A DNA stretch of 64,000 nt from a virus. Below are positions 34,866-43,748 of the stretch, in pieces. Within the stretch, counting starts at the first letter, position 1, and each line of letters starts with the position of its first letter. The stretch lies in IMG/VR virus record IMGVR_UViG_3300045988_173726, positions 128,001-192,000 of that record, one strand, 5' to 3'. Under the pieces are notes generated by a model. The model was not told the DNA's origin and searched no databases. It was given only the letters and a program-made list of their open reading frames with translations. A program made the translations under genes and the position numbers.

Positions 34866-37139
34866 TTGGGAGCGGAGCAGGACATATTAGAGGCTAGGAA
34901 TCAAGGCGGTATGGCAGACGGGTTTTCGGATAGCGAGAGTTTAGATGATTTGTTCGGAGATTTCGGTGATTTAGGGGGAGATAGCGGAAACGGGTCGGGA
35001 GACGGGAACAGTAGCTTTGGGCTTGACGATTTAACGGGGCTTGATAGCTCTGGCGGTATTTTTACAGACCCAAACGGAAACGCAGGAAACGCGGGAGTCC
35101 CGCAGTATGGCGGGTTTAATAACGGACAGCCAGCGGGGAAAGTCGAGGGGGACAGGTTCGATAAAGTCTTAGACGCAACGATGGACGGTGCGGTAGGGAC
35201 TTTTGAGGTCATAAAGGTTTTGGTCGGAAGTATCGGGAGCAGGAATGCAGACGATATAGGGAGTTACAGCCTAAATCTCTTAAAGACGGGCGGGGTGTTT
35301 ATCGTATTTTCGCTGGTTGCTACGATAGGCGGCGTAGTAAGCGGGTTAGGGCTTCTAAGATTTATGGGTATGCCGTTTAAGATGCTAACGAGCGGGATAT
35401 TGCTAACAGGGACTTCGTTTCTCGGGTTAAGCGGAGCGGCGATAAAGCTAATGGGCGGTAAGGACTTGCCGACATTTGAAGAGGATGCCGCGAATCTGCC
35501 AGATATAGACAGTAATGTAGGGGAAGCAAGTAGCGCGGGAAGTGCCGAGGAAGAGGCAGATGAGTTGTTTGGCGGTCTTGACTTTGGGGATGACGATGAG
35601 GAAGAGGACTCGGACAGCGAGTTTAGCTTCAGGGACGACAGAGAGGATACGGTAGCAAGCGCTCATGCGGAGTCCGAGGGCAGTTTATTTGACAGGCTCA
35701 TGCGTAGTGGGGACAGTAAAGAGAGTGCAGGGAGCTTAGAGAGTGTACCAGAGAATGTGCCGATGATAACTCGGGAGTTCCTAGTAAAGACATTCAAGCC
35801 GTTCTTTAAGCCGAATAATCCAGATTTTACGAAGGTAAGGACATACGGTTCGGACGATGCAAAGTTTCGGGAAGCGGAGACAGCTATCGTATCGGCGTAT
35901 GCGTCAGCGGCGGGCAGGGACATAGCAGAGATAGCGAGCAGTGTTTATCTAGGGTCTTTTGAGGAGACTTTGTATTGCTACAAGTTTTCGGTAAAGCGCG
36001 TTCCGAAGGTTAGGGTGACAGAGAGTTCGTTGTCGGACGAGATACGGGCATATTTTGTAAATTTTGATACAGCAGAGAAGCGAGACATAGCAGAGATAAC
36101 GACTTCGGTAACGAAGAACGCGGATATGTATGACATAACGGTATCTAGGTCAGCAAAGGCGGGGGTTGTAACGCTTGGAGACTGTTTAGAGGAGAGCGAC
36201 ATCTATAACTACTTCGTAGACGAGGGGCATAAGTTGCCTATCATTTCGGGTATAGACGAGTATGGAGTGCCTGTAAAGTCGGATGGCAAGATTTACGAGT
36301 CGTTTCTGATAGCTGGTAAGCCGCGTTCTGGTAAGTCGTGGACGGTAAACAGCTTAGTTATGCAGTTGCAAGTCTTTAATTTGCCAGAGGATGTGCAGTT
36401 TTTGTATATCGACCCGAAGGACTCATATCTTTTCAAGTGTTTATCGTATATGCCGCATTGTTGTGGGTTGCATAATCACAAGAGAGCGATGGAGATATTG
36501 GATGACATAGTAAACAAGGAGTCTCCGAGGCGTGCGAGGATATTGCAGGACAATCAGTGTGACACGATATGGGATTTGAGGGCAAAGGGAATCAAGATAC
36601 CGATTCTTTATATCGTGATAGACGAGTTTATGACAGTGGTAGACTACTATTCCGACAGGATTGGCGAGTTTAACGGCTTGGTTAAGCAGATATTAACACG
36701 GCTTCCGTCTCAAGGTATTCGTTTAATCTTCGTGCCGCATAGAGCGCAGGGCGTGGTAGATAAAACGATACGGTCAAATTTAAGCTATGTCGCGGCGGTA
36801 AAGGCAGACGATGAGGTAGTAAAAGAGACGCTTGACATCAAGAAGTGGAGTAGGAGGCTTGTGTCGGCGGGTGATACAGCGTTAAAGTTGTCGGATAAGA
36901 CTTTGTATGTGAAAGGCATTGCGATAGCTACGGATGACAACGAGAATACGAAGCTAATCAAGGAGATAAGCAAAGCGTTTTACAAGATGCGGGTAGAAGT
37001 TCCCGATATGTCAACAATAGGAATCGGGTATAACAGAGACGAGGGCGACATACAGGAGGCTTTGCGGGTAGATAGCGGAACTTCGACCTCGGTGCAGTAC
37101 GATGTGAACAGGGTATTGCAGGATTTAAGCCACTTATGA
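34866..37139 (+). CDS. FtsK/SpoIIIE-family membrane ATPase (TcpA-like type IV coupling protein candidate)
   Basis: 757 aa. TTG start with SD GGGGGTGAGGGAG; ATG at codon 16 is an alternative. Acidic FG-motif N-terminus. 2-3 TM helices (VFIVFSLVATIGGVVSGLGLL, ILLTGTSFLGLSGAAI). Walker A GKPRSGKSWT. Walker B LYIVIDEFM. Confidence 0.8.
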   Translation: MGAEQDILEARNQGGMADGFSDSESLDDLFGDFGDLGGDSGNGSGDGNSSFGLDDLTGLDSSGGIFTDPNGNAGNAGVPQYGGFNNGQPAGKVEGDRFDKVLDATMDGAVGTFEVIKVLVGSIGSRNADDIGSYSLNLLKTGGVFIVFSLVATIGGVVSGLGLLRFMGMPFKMLTSGILLTGTSFLGLSGAAIKLMGGKDLPTFEEDAANLPDIDSNVGEASSAGSAEEEADELFGGLDFGDDDEEEDSDSEFSFRDDREDTVASAHAESEGSLFDRLMRSGDSKESAGSLESVPENVPMITREFLVKTFKPFFKPNNPDFTKVRTYGSDDAKFREAETAIVSAYASAAGRDIAEIASSVYLGSFEETLYCYKFSVKRVPKVRVTESSLSDEIRAYFVNFDTAEKRDIAEITTSVTKNADMYDITVSRSAKAGVVTLGDCLEESDIYNYFVDEGHKLPIISGIDEYGVPVKSDGKIYESFLIAGKPRSGKSWTVNSLVMQLQVFNLPEDVQFLYIDPKDSYLFKCLSYMPHCCGLHNHKRAMEILDDIVNKESPRRARILQDNQCDTIWDLRAKGIKIPILYIVIDEFMTVVDYYSDRIGEFNGLVKQILTRLPSQGIRLIFVPHRAQGVVDKTIRSNLSYVAAVKADDEVVKETLDIKKWSRRLVSAGDTALKLSDKTLYVKGIAIATDDNENTKLIKEISKAFYKMRVEVPDMSTIGIGYNRDEGDIQEALRVDSGTSTSVQYDVNRVLQDLSHL

Positions 37140-37161
37140 GAAAAGTAGAGAGGGTATAGAA

Positions 37162-38424
37162 ATGATGAGAAGAGATGATGAGATTAGAATTGGCGGTCGG
37201 TTAAGCAGATTTGGGCATGGAAGCCGAGAGGATAGGCGTTTATCGTTGCGGGAGCGGGAATCGTTGCGGCGAAAGGCGCGGGAAGCGGAGTACGAGGACG
37301 AAGAAGAAGAGGAAGAGGATGAAGAAGAGGACGAAGATTATGACGGGGATGAAGATGAAGAAGATGACGATGAGGACGAAGATTATGACGGGGACGATGA
37401 CGAGGAGGATGAGGATGAAGATGAATTAGACGAGGAGGATGAGGACGATGATGAAGATGACGAGGATTATGACGGGGACGATGATGAGGACGAAGATGAA
37501 GATGATGACGAGGAAGATGGGGACGAGGATTCATACGAACCCTCGCCCGCACCGAGTAAACCAGTAAGCAGTTCTGACGATAGAGATGCGTTTATTGCCG
37601 CGTATTTAGCGGAGAAAGAGCGTGAGCTTGCCTTAGAGCGTGAAGCGACAGAGAGAGCCGAGAAAGAGGAGCGAGAGAGGCAGGAGAGGGAAGAGAGAGC
37701 GCGGAGAGAAGAACAGGCAAGGGTACAAGCCGAGGAAGAAGAGCAAGCTAGGCGAGCAGAGAAAGCGGAGATAGCGAGGCGGGCTAGAGAAGCCGAGGAC
37801 AGGGCTAGTCGAGCGGAAGATAGGCTAGGACGCACGAGAGCGCCGTTTAACGGCACGGAAGGCTATCGAGGCATAGAGGATAGCCTAGATAGGGTAAGCC
37901 CTGTTTCTGGGCGTTCTGGTGGCTCACAGAGGGAAAGTTATACGGAAAGAGAGCCTGTCCTTTCAGAGTCCGATAGAGCGCTACGGGAGAGGGAGCTTGC
38001 CCTAAAGGAGCGAGAGATAGCGTTAAAGGAGCGGGAACTGGCTCTAAGGGAGAGAGAGCAACAGCTAAAGTCTACAGGGGGTCATAGTGGTAAAAGTAAC
38101 AGCGTAGCCCCTGCAAGCTATACGACACGGGTTATAAACGGTAAAACGGTCAAGGTAAAAGATACCAGTAAAAAGGTTTCAAAACCTATCGAAGAACCCG
38201 TTGCCTTATCACAGGATAATCGTTCTAAGCGATACGAAGGTCTTTCAGACGAAAGCCTTATGAAAGAGGTGACTGCGTTTATGCTCCGATACGGTGTTAA
38301 GAAGCACGGGATTCCTTACGAGTTAATGGCGGAGGAGTTTGGGGCTGGGCTAATTGCGAAGCTCATCATACGGGGTCATTTAGTTAGGCTTGGCGATTCT
38401 ACGCTAACTTGTGGAAATAACTGA
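37162..38424 (+). CDS. Hyperacidic poly-D/E protein with coiled coil and C-terminal winged-helix-like domain
   Basis: 420 aa. Basic N-terminus. About 85 consecutive residues that are almost only D/E, with three DEDYDGD units. E/R/A coiled coil with RELALKEREIALKERELALRERE. C-terminal GIPYELMAEEFGAGLIAKLIIRGHLVRLGD. Confidence 0.7.
   Translation: MMRRDDEIRIGGRLSRFGHGSREDRRLSLRERESLRRKAREAEYEDEEEEEEDEEEDEDYDGDEDEEDDDEDEDYDGDDDEEDEDEDELDEEDEDDDEDDEDYDGDDDEDEDEDDDEEDGDEDSYEPSPAPSKPVSSSDDRDAFIAAYLAEKERELALEREATERAEKEERERQEREERARREEQARVQAEEEEQARRAEKAEIARRAREAEDRASRAEDRLGRTRAPFNGTEGYRGIEDSLDRVSPVSGRSGGSQRESYTEREPVLSESDRALRERELALKEREIALKERELALREREQQLKSTGGHSGKSNSVAPASYTTRVINGKTVKVKDTSKKVSKPIEEPVALSQDNRSKRYEGLSDESLMKEVTAFMLRYGVKKHGIPYELMAEEFGAGLIAKLIIRGHLVRLGDSTLTCGNN
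37288..37530 (+). repeat. Coding GAR/GAY tract with 3 copies of GA(A/G)GATTATGACGGGGA
   Basis: Copies start at 37333, 37378 and 37462, embedded in continuous gaa/gag/gat/gac codons. Confidence 0.85.
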
Positions 38425-38440
38425 AAAGAGAGGGAAAGTA

Positions 38441-40831
38441 ATGCAGAAGCGTAAGTACAGGAGACTGGCTGGCGTGCTTGGTGTTGGTTTATCAGTGACA
38501 TTCGTGTTTACGGGTTGTGGTAAAAAGTATGACTACTCAAAGATTCCGTATGCGAAGATGCTGACAAGGCAGGAAGTGATAGATGACTATGCAAAGTCTT
38601 TAAGCTATAAGTCAATCGCGGAGAAGGGTGTTAGTAAGACAAAAATCCAGTGGAATGAAGTCCCGTCCAGTATTACGGAGAAGCTGTGGACAAAGACACA
38701 GCAGATTATCGAGACAAATCAGTTAAATGCGGGCTATGAGGACGATATGTCCGTTGCTGTGCATGACTATGTGAAGTTACTGCTGGATGATTTGGTTTTA
38801 ACGAAGCCAGACGGCGGTAATTACACTTATACAGAGGCAGAGAATAACGGCTACTACTTTGTAACGGTTAATTTCGGCACGAAGTTAAACGGGCAGGGTA
38901 CTTTCAAGGACGCGGCGAATTATCTCGGTATAGACGGGTTTATCATTTCGGATGCAAACGGAAATCCTGTGCTAAATAAGGAGTTTGTGGACGGCGCTTA
39001 TGGTATGTCGAAGGTAAACGCGGCTAGAAGCGCGGCGAGATTAACACCGTATACGATATTTGCGGATGCGAACTTAACATACGCGCCGCAGACGCAGACG
39101 GTAGTAGCGCAGGATACGCCTACAACGGATGCAGAGGGTAATGCAATAGTCAGTACGGATATAGGCGGCGGTAGCGAGGCGACAACGGGTAGTACAGAGG
39201 GTGAGAGCGCGGCAACGGATAATAGCGGTAACGGCGTAGGTTTATCGGACGATAGCTCGGATGATAACTCGGGTTACAGCTATAGCGGTGGCACAGAGAC
39301 AGCGGGCTATAATAATCTGTTTGCAAATACGATAAGACAGGTCGAGTATGACAATAAGTATATCAATAGCGTGATAGGCTCTTCGACTACAGGAATACCT
39401 GTCGTCCCGCCAGTCGGAATGGTTTATAACCCTGTGGAGACGAACGGGGAGCTTTCTGGGTACGGAATCTTTAACGAGGGAAGTTACGGTTTAAGGGATT
39501 TCGGGTATGCGAGAGAGGCTTACGACACGGGGAAGATTAGTTTAACTTTCGTGTTTAAGCAGAATGCAGACGATAGAGACAAGTTTGACTACAAGTATTG
39601 CTATATTAACAACTACGAAACGAACATCGAAATGAAGGATAGCGGAGTTACGCTGTCGGATGATATTAACACGCAGTTAGACCAGACGATAGAGCGCATA
39701 GATAGAGCGTTTTGTAATGAGGATATAGCAGGCTTAATGAATAAGTCAAACATTGAGCCGTCAGACCTCGGTATCCGTTTAGCGGAGCTTAGGACTTCGA
39801 GCAATATTTTGACTTTTTCAACGCATAGGGTAAAGACGCTAGCGCGTAAGGGAAAGCAGTATTTGGTAGAGCTTGAGCGGACGACAGAGGAGAGCGCGAA
39901 GGGCTTTGGAAATACGGCGAAGTATAAGGACAAGTATTACGCGGTGATACGGCAGAACGGAACGGATTTCGTGTTAAACGACATCGTGTGGGTAAGTAGA
40001 GAGCTACTAAGAATCCCAGAGCCAGAGGCAGATGACGCAATCACGAGGCGTTTAACTTCTCTAAACCTTGCGGGAGCGGTAGACGAGAGCGTAAAGCCAG
40101 CAATCAATCAGCTTCTAAACAGAGTTTATAACGCGACAAACAATGTCGGCTACTACACGCAGTACGATAAGAACGGAAATGTCGTGGTAGACAACGGAAT
40201 CCCGATGTATGGCTTAGACGACCAGTTTGACAGCAACAAGGAGCTGTTAAAGTCGGCTAGGAAAGAGTATTTAGAGTCGCAGATAGTGAATCGTGCGCAG
40301 TCGCATATGAATTCTTCGGAGTGCGTGCTAAAGGGCAAGGTAGTGAGCTGGATAGACGGTTACAGCGACCAAGTTGAGCTTACGACCGAGGAGTTTTACG
40401 ACTTTAGCAAGATTAAGAAGGGTATATATGTAAAGAACTACTATCTTGTGAGCCATTACGGTAATCGGTGGGTGATTGACGATATTGTTCCTATCGAGGA
40501 GAAAGAGGTAGAGAGCAACGAGTACGAGGAGAAGGTAAGTCTTTTCAGTAATGTAGATAACAAGGTCGAGATAATTGCTACGGATAAAGCGGTAGAAGAG
40601 GATAATAGCAGTAAGAGCGAGTCTGCTACCGAGAAATCAGATAAGAAGCGTGGCAAAGACGCGACCGAGGCAGAGAGTAAGAAGGCTACGACCGAGGGAA
40701 AGAGTAGAGTCGAGACTTCGGTAACGGGAGCGGATAGCGAGACGAGTGAGGGCTTAAAGCGGGATGCCAGAGAAGTAACGACTGTGGAGAGCAGTTTATC
40801 TGGAAGCGAAGCGGAGAGTGAGACAAACTAA
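38441..40831 (+). CDS. Large lipoprotein, function unknown
   Basis: 796 aa from ATG 38441 (SD AGAGAGGGAAAG). The track GTG 38411 overlaps the upstream gene. Lipobox FTGC in LAGVLGVGLSVTFVFTGCGKK. Acidic S/T/E-rich C-terminus. Confidence 0.7.
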   Translation: MQKRKYRRLAGVLGVGLSVTFVFTGCGKKYDYSKIPYAKMLTRQEVIDDYAKSLSYKSIAEKGVSKTKIQWNEVPSSITEKLWTKTQQIIETNQLNAGYEDDMSVAVHDYVKLLLDDLVLTKPDGGNYTYTEAENNGYYFVTVNFGTKLNGQGTFKDAANYLGIDGFIISDANGNPVLNKEFVDGAYGMSKVNAARSAARLTPYTIFADANLTYAPQTQTVVAQDTPTTDAEGNAIVSTDIGGGSEATTGSTEGESAATDNSGNGVGLSDDSSDDNSGYSYSGGTETAGYNNLFANTIRQVEYDNKYINSVIGSSTTGIPVVPPVGMVYNPVETNGELSGYGIFNEGSYGLRDFGYAREAYDTGKISLTFVFKQNADDRDKFDYKYCYINNYETNIEMKDSGVTLSDDINTQLDQTIERIDRAFCNEDIAGLMNKSNIEPSDLGIRLAELRTSSNILTFSTHRVKTLARKGKQYLVELERTTEESAKGFGNTAKYKDKYYAVIRQNGTDFVLNDIVWVSRELLRIPEPEADDAITRRLTSLNLAGAVDESVKPAINQLLNRVYNATNNVGYYTQYDKNGNVVVDNGIPMYGLDDQFDSNKELLKSARKEYLESQIVNRAQSHMNSSECVLKGKVVSWIDGYSDQVELTTEEFYDFSKIKKGIYVKNYYLVSHYGNRWVIDDIVPIEEKEVESNEYEEKVSLFSNVDNKVEIIATDKAVEEDNSSKSESATEKSDKKRGKDATEAESKKATTEGKSRVETSVTGADSETSEGLKRDAREVTTVESSLSGSEAESETN

Positions 40832-40844
40832 GTAAATGCGCGGT

Positions 40845-40893
40845 ACAAGTTGCAATCTTAGCAGTAAAAAGATTGCAACTTGTATTTATTTAC
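40845..40893 (+). terminator. Strong rho-independent terminator
   Basis: Perfect 15-bp stem: ACAAGTTGCAATCTT (40845-40859) with AAGATTGCAACTTGT (40869-40883). 9-nt loop, then ATTTATTTAC. Confidence 0.75.
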
Positions 40894-40901
40894 GGTATAA
40901 T
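40873..40901 (+). promoter_or_regulatory. Sigma-A promoter overlapping the terminator 3' arm
   Basis: TTGCAA (40873-40878), 17-nt spacer, TATAAT (40896-40901), 48 nt upstream of ATG 40949. Confidence 0.65.
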
Positions 40902-40948
40902 ATAGCTTAAATGGGGCTTGTAGGATTAGCTATGGGAGGTGTAAAGCG

Positions 40949-42592
40949 ATGTCAGTCAGAAGTCCGATAATACGAGACGGAATGTATCGCGGGACGATAA
41001 CGGACGCGCACGCCTCGGGTATCTTAAGGGTTCGGGAGAGTAAAGAGATAGCGGGGATGAAGCATATGGTGTTTGATTTCCCGTTAGAGCTTGTGGAGCG
41101 TTCGATACGGGAAGAGAAGAGCATACGGAAGATAGTGCGGGAAGAGGGAATCGACTATCGGCAGTATTTAGGAACATTGAGGTCGTATCAGACGGTAGGC
41201 GCGGCGTTTATGTATATGTCGCCTCGGAGTATGATAGCGGACGGCGTAGGTCTTGGAAAGACGATAGAGATAGCGGCGGTGCTAAACTACTTGCGTGGGA
41301 AAGGGCAGATGAGGCGGTTTTTAATGGCGGTCGAGAACTCTGCAATAAGTCAGACGCAGTATGAATTAACGCGGTTTACGGGTATGCGGATAGTGGCGCT
41401 GTCTGGCGAGTCCAAGCATATGCAGAAAGAGATAGACACGATAGACTGGAACGATGTGCAGGGGATAATCATAAAGCACAGTTCGTTGAAGTCAGATAGT
41501 TTGTATCGGTGGCTTGCGAAGTATGCAAAAGACGATATGACGAATGGAATGTATGATGTGTTTATTTTGGACGAGAGTTCTGTGATAAAGAACGATAAGA
41601 CAAAGACATATCAGTACACGAAGAACCTGTGCGCGTATGCGGACAGGGTGCATTTTATGAACGCTACGGCGTTTGACAAGAATATCATGGATATTTACTA
41701 TCAGATAGACATGATGGACGAGAACTTACTGCCGAAGCGGTGGAGGATAGAGCAGGATTTCTGTAATCACAGTTCAAAGCTTTATTGGTCTAAGGGAATT
41801 AGAGATGACGGAAAGTGGGGCGGGATTCAAAAAACTGCGCGGAGTATAAGTTCATATAAGAATCAAGATGCTTTTAGGCGGCTACTGCAACTTGTGTATT
41901 TCGGGCGGTGCAAGAAAGATGTAGGGTTAGACAGACCGAATATCTATAAGGTTTACGAGGTAGAGCCTACAGCGGCGCAGTTAAACGCGATAAAGGCGGG
42001 GTATCGGTATAACGAGGTTTTGAATAGTCCTTCTTGTATCGAGGAGCTTAAGATAAAAGAGAGTGCAAGCACGGTACCAAAGATAGCGCGAGTATGTAGT
42101 TTATTAGAGAACGACTTTGCAGACAGCAGTGTTATGATTTATTGCTTTCACATTGCGGCGCAGAAAGCCTTAAAGAAAGAGTTAGACGCTCGGGGCAGGA
42201 GATGTGTAATCCTAAACGGAGAGGATAGCAGTAAGGATAAGGATGCGAAGCGGGCAAAGATTATAAGCGACTTTAATAGCGGGGTTTATGACACAATAAT
42301 CACGAATATTAAGAAGTCACTAAATTTGCATGGCGGGGATGTCTGTATTTTCTACAGTATGAGTACAACAGTCTCGTCTATGGAGCAAATACGGGGCAGG
42401 ATAGACAGAAATGTAGACGACAGGGTTAAGACTTTTATCTTGCTTTTGTATGTGGGTACGGATGAGTACAGGTTTTTCACGGATACGGTAAAGAATCGAG
42501 CGAAGTCAGCGAGAGAGCTTACGGTAGACGCAGAGACAGCGATAGATTATTTCATTGAGTCAATGAAGGGAGACAGAAATGAAGCGGAGTAG
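40949..42592 (+). CDS. SNF2/SWI2-family helicase-like ATPase
   Basis: 547 aa. SD GGGAGGTG. LRSYQTVGAAFMY. Motif I ADGVGLGKT. Motif II FILDESSVIKN. C-terminal helicase domain with SMEQIRGRIDR (motif VI-like). Confidence 0.75.
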   Translation: MSVRSPIIRDGMYRGTITDAHASGILRVRESKEIAGMKHMVFDFPLELVERSIREEKSIRKIVREEGIDYRQYLGTLRSYQTVGAAFMYMSPRSMIADGVGLGKTIEIAAVLNYLRGKGQMRRFLMAVENSAISQTQYELTRFTGMRIVALSGESKHMQKEIDTIDWNDVQGIIIKHSSLKSDSLYRWLAKYAKDDMTNGMYDVFILDESSVIKNDKTKTYQYTKNLCAYADRVHFMNATAFDKNIMDIYYQIDMMDENLLPKRWRIEQDFCNHSSKLYWSKGIRDDGKWGGIQKTARSISSYKNQDAFRRLLQLVYFGRCKKDVGLDRPNIYKVYEVEPTAAQLNAIKAGYRYNEVLNSPSCIEELKIKESASTVPKIARVCSLLENDFADSSVMIYCFHIAAQKALKKELDARGRRCVILNGEDSSKDKDAKRAKIISDFNSGVYDTIITNIKKSLNLHGGDVCIFYSMSTTVSSMEQIRGRIDRNVDDRVKTFILLLYVGTDEYRFFTDTVKNRAKSARELTVDAETAIDYFIESMKGDRNEAE

Positions 42593-43613
42593 GGTAGTAG
42601 TGCTTTTAGCGGCAGTGGTTGCGGGAGTTTCGTTAGCGGCTTGTGGCGGTAAGAAAGACAAGAAAGACTATCGACAGCTATATATGGAGAATGAGAGCAA
42701 GCTAACGGACGCAGACAGCACGATAAAGGGTCTAAGGCTTGCATTAGCGTCATTTGATAAGAAGTATGCGGACGATGCCGAGGTTTCGCAGTATTCGATA
42801 CTTGACACAGGGGCGAAGGTCTTTAACTCGTTTAACGGTAAGATATATCTGGACAGTGATGTAAAGTTTGATAGCACGGATAAGCTGTCTAACACATCTA
42901 CGGTGCAGTTATCCCCGAATATGTCTCTTGCGCCTACGGATAACTGGTCTTTGAACACGACAACCGCATATACGGAGCTGTATAACAGCAACGGAATCTA
43001 CGGAAATATCGAGATGTACAAGGTCTACAACACGATAGACAGTTCGTTTATCAGTGAACAGCTCATAACGCCGTTCTTAAAGGCGAACAATCTGGATAGT
43101 TTGCAGGAGAGGACGCTGTTTGCGGGGAATGTGAATGTAGGTGCAGAGGTAAGGAGTAAGTTACAGGTAAAGAGTACGGTAGACGCAGACGAAGAGAAGA
43201 AGGTAAAGAAGAAAGCGGTTTTATCGAGTGAGGAGCTTGAGTCCGAGCAGGCAGAAGCGGATAAGGCAGTGCAGGAGAGCGAAGCGGCGCGTATGTCGGA
43301 GTATCAGTCAACGCTAGAGAGCGGAAAGACAGAGACAAACGAGAGTGGTGAGACTATTGAGGCTACATTGCCCGAGACGAGCGCGGCGGCAGAGGATGTC
43401 GGAAACGAAGAGGTAACGGTGCTTTTGCCAAAGAGTAAGGACGAGACAGACGATTATATCTTTAGAGTCGGCGTTATGATGTACAACGGGCAGGCTATGG
43501 TTTATAAGTTTGCATATAAGGACGATGACAAGGCTTCTGCGAACGGAGAAATCCTAGATAGCCTAATCAATTCGGTTAAATGCGGGGAAGATATGGTTAG
43601 GTTCGGTCAGTAA
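42579..43613 (+). CDS. Lipoprotein, function unknown (translationally coupled to the SNF2 gene)
   Basis: 344 aa. Starts 14 nt before the SNF2 stop. SD AAGGGAGA. Lipobox LAAC in VVLLAAVVAGVSLAACGGKK. Confidence 0.7.
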   Translation: MKRSRVVVLLAAVVAGVSLAACGGKKDKKDYRQLYMENESKLTDADSTIKGLRLALASFDKKYADDAEVSQYSILDTGAKVFNSFNGKIYLDSDVKFDSTDKLSNTSTVQLSPNMSLAPTDNWSLNTTTAYTELYNSNGIYGNIEMYKVYNTIDSSFISEQLITPFLKANNLDSLQERTLFAGNVNVGAEVRSKLQVKSTVDADEEKKVKKKAVLSSEELESEQAEADKAVQESEAARMSEYQSTLESGKTETNESGETIEATLPETSAAAEDVGNEEVTVLLPKSKDETDDYIFRVGVMMYNGQAMVYKFAYKDDDKASANGEILDSLINSVKCGEDMVRFGQ

Positions 43614-43634
43614 GGCATAGAGGTTACAGGTTTT

Positions 43635-43670
43635 ACGGGATATACTTTCTGTATATCCCGTTTTTAGTTT
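43635..43670 (+). terminator. Rho-independent terminator
   Basis: Perfect 11-bp stem: ACGGGATATAC (43635-43645) with GTATATCCCGT (43651-43661). TTTCT loop, then TTTTTAGTTT. Confidence 0.8.
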
Positions 43671-43691
43671 AAGTTATAGAATACCTATAAT
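43663..43691 (+). promoter_or_regulatory. Candidate promoter (perfect -10, weak -35)
   Basis: TTTAGT (43663-43668), 17-nt spacer, TATAAT (43686-43691). Confidence 0.3.
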
Positions 43692-43748
43692 TAAACCTAG
43701 TCATGTTTCTGCGCTTAGCTTAAGGGAAAAGGAGGTAAGGAAGCGCTA

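Noticed and set aside
37288-37530. Possible CRISPR array or non-coding tandem repeat at the GAR/GAY tract (likewise 15985-16121 and 20968-21400)
   Set aside because: The repeats are in frame inside long ORFs and encode poly-D/E, GGFGGN or cell-wall-binding units. There is no repeat-spacer periodicity and there are no cas genes. I found no CRISPR array anywhere in the window.
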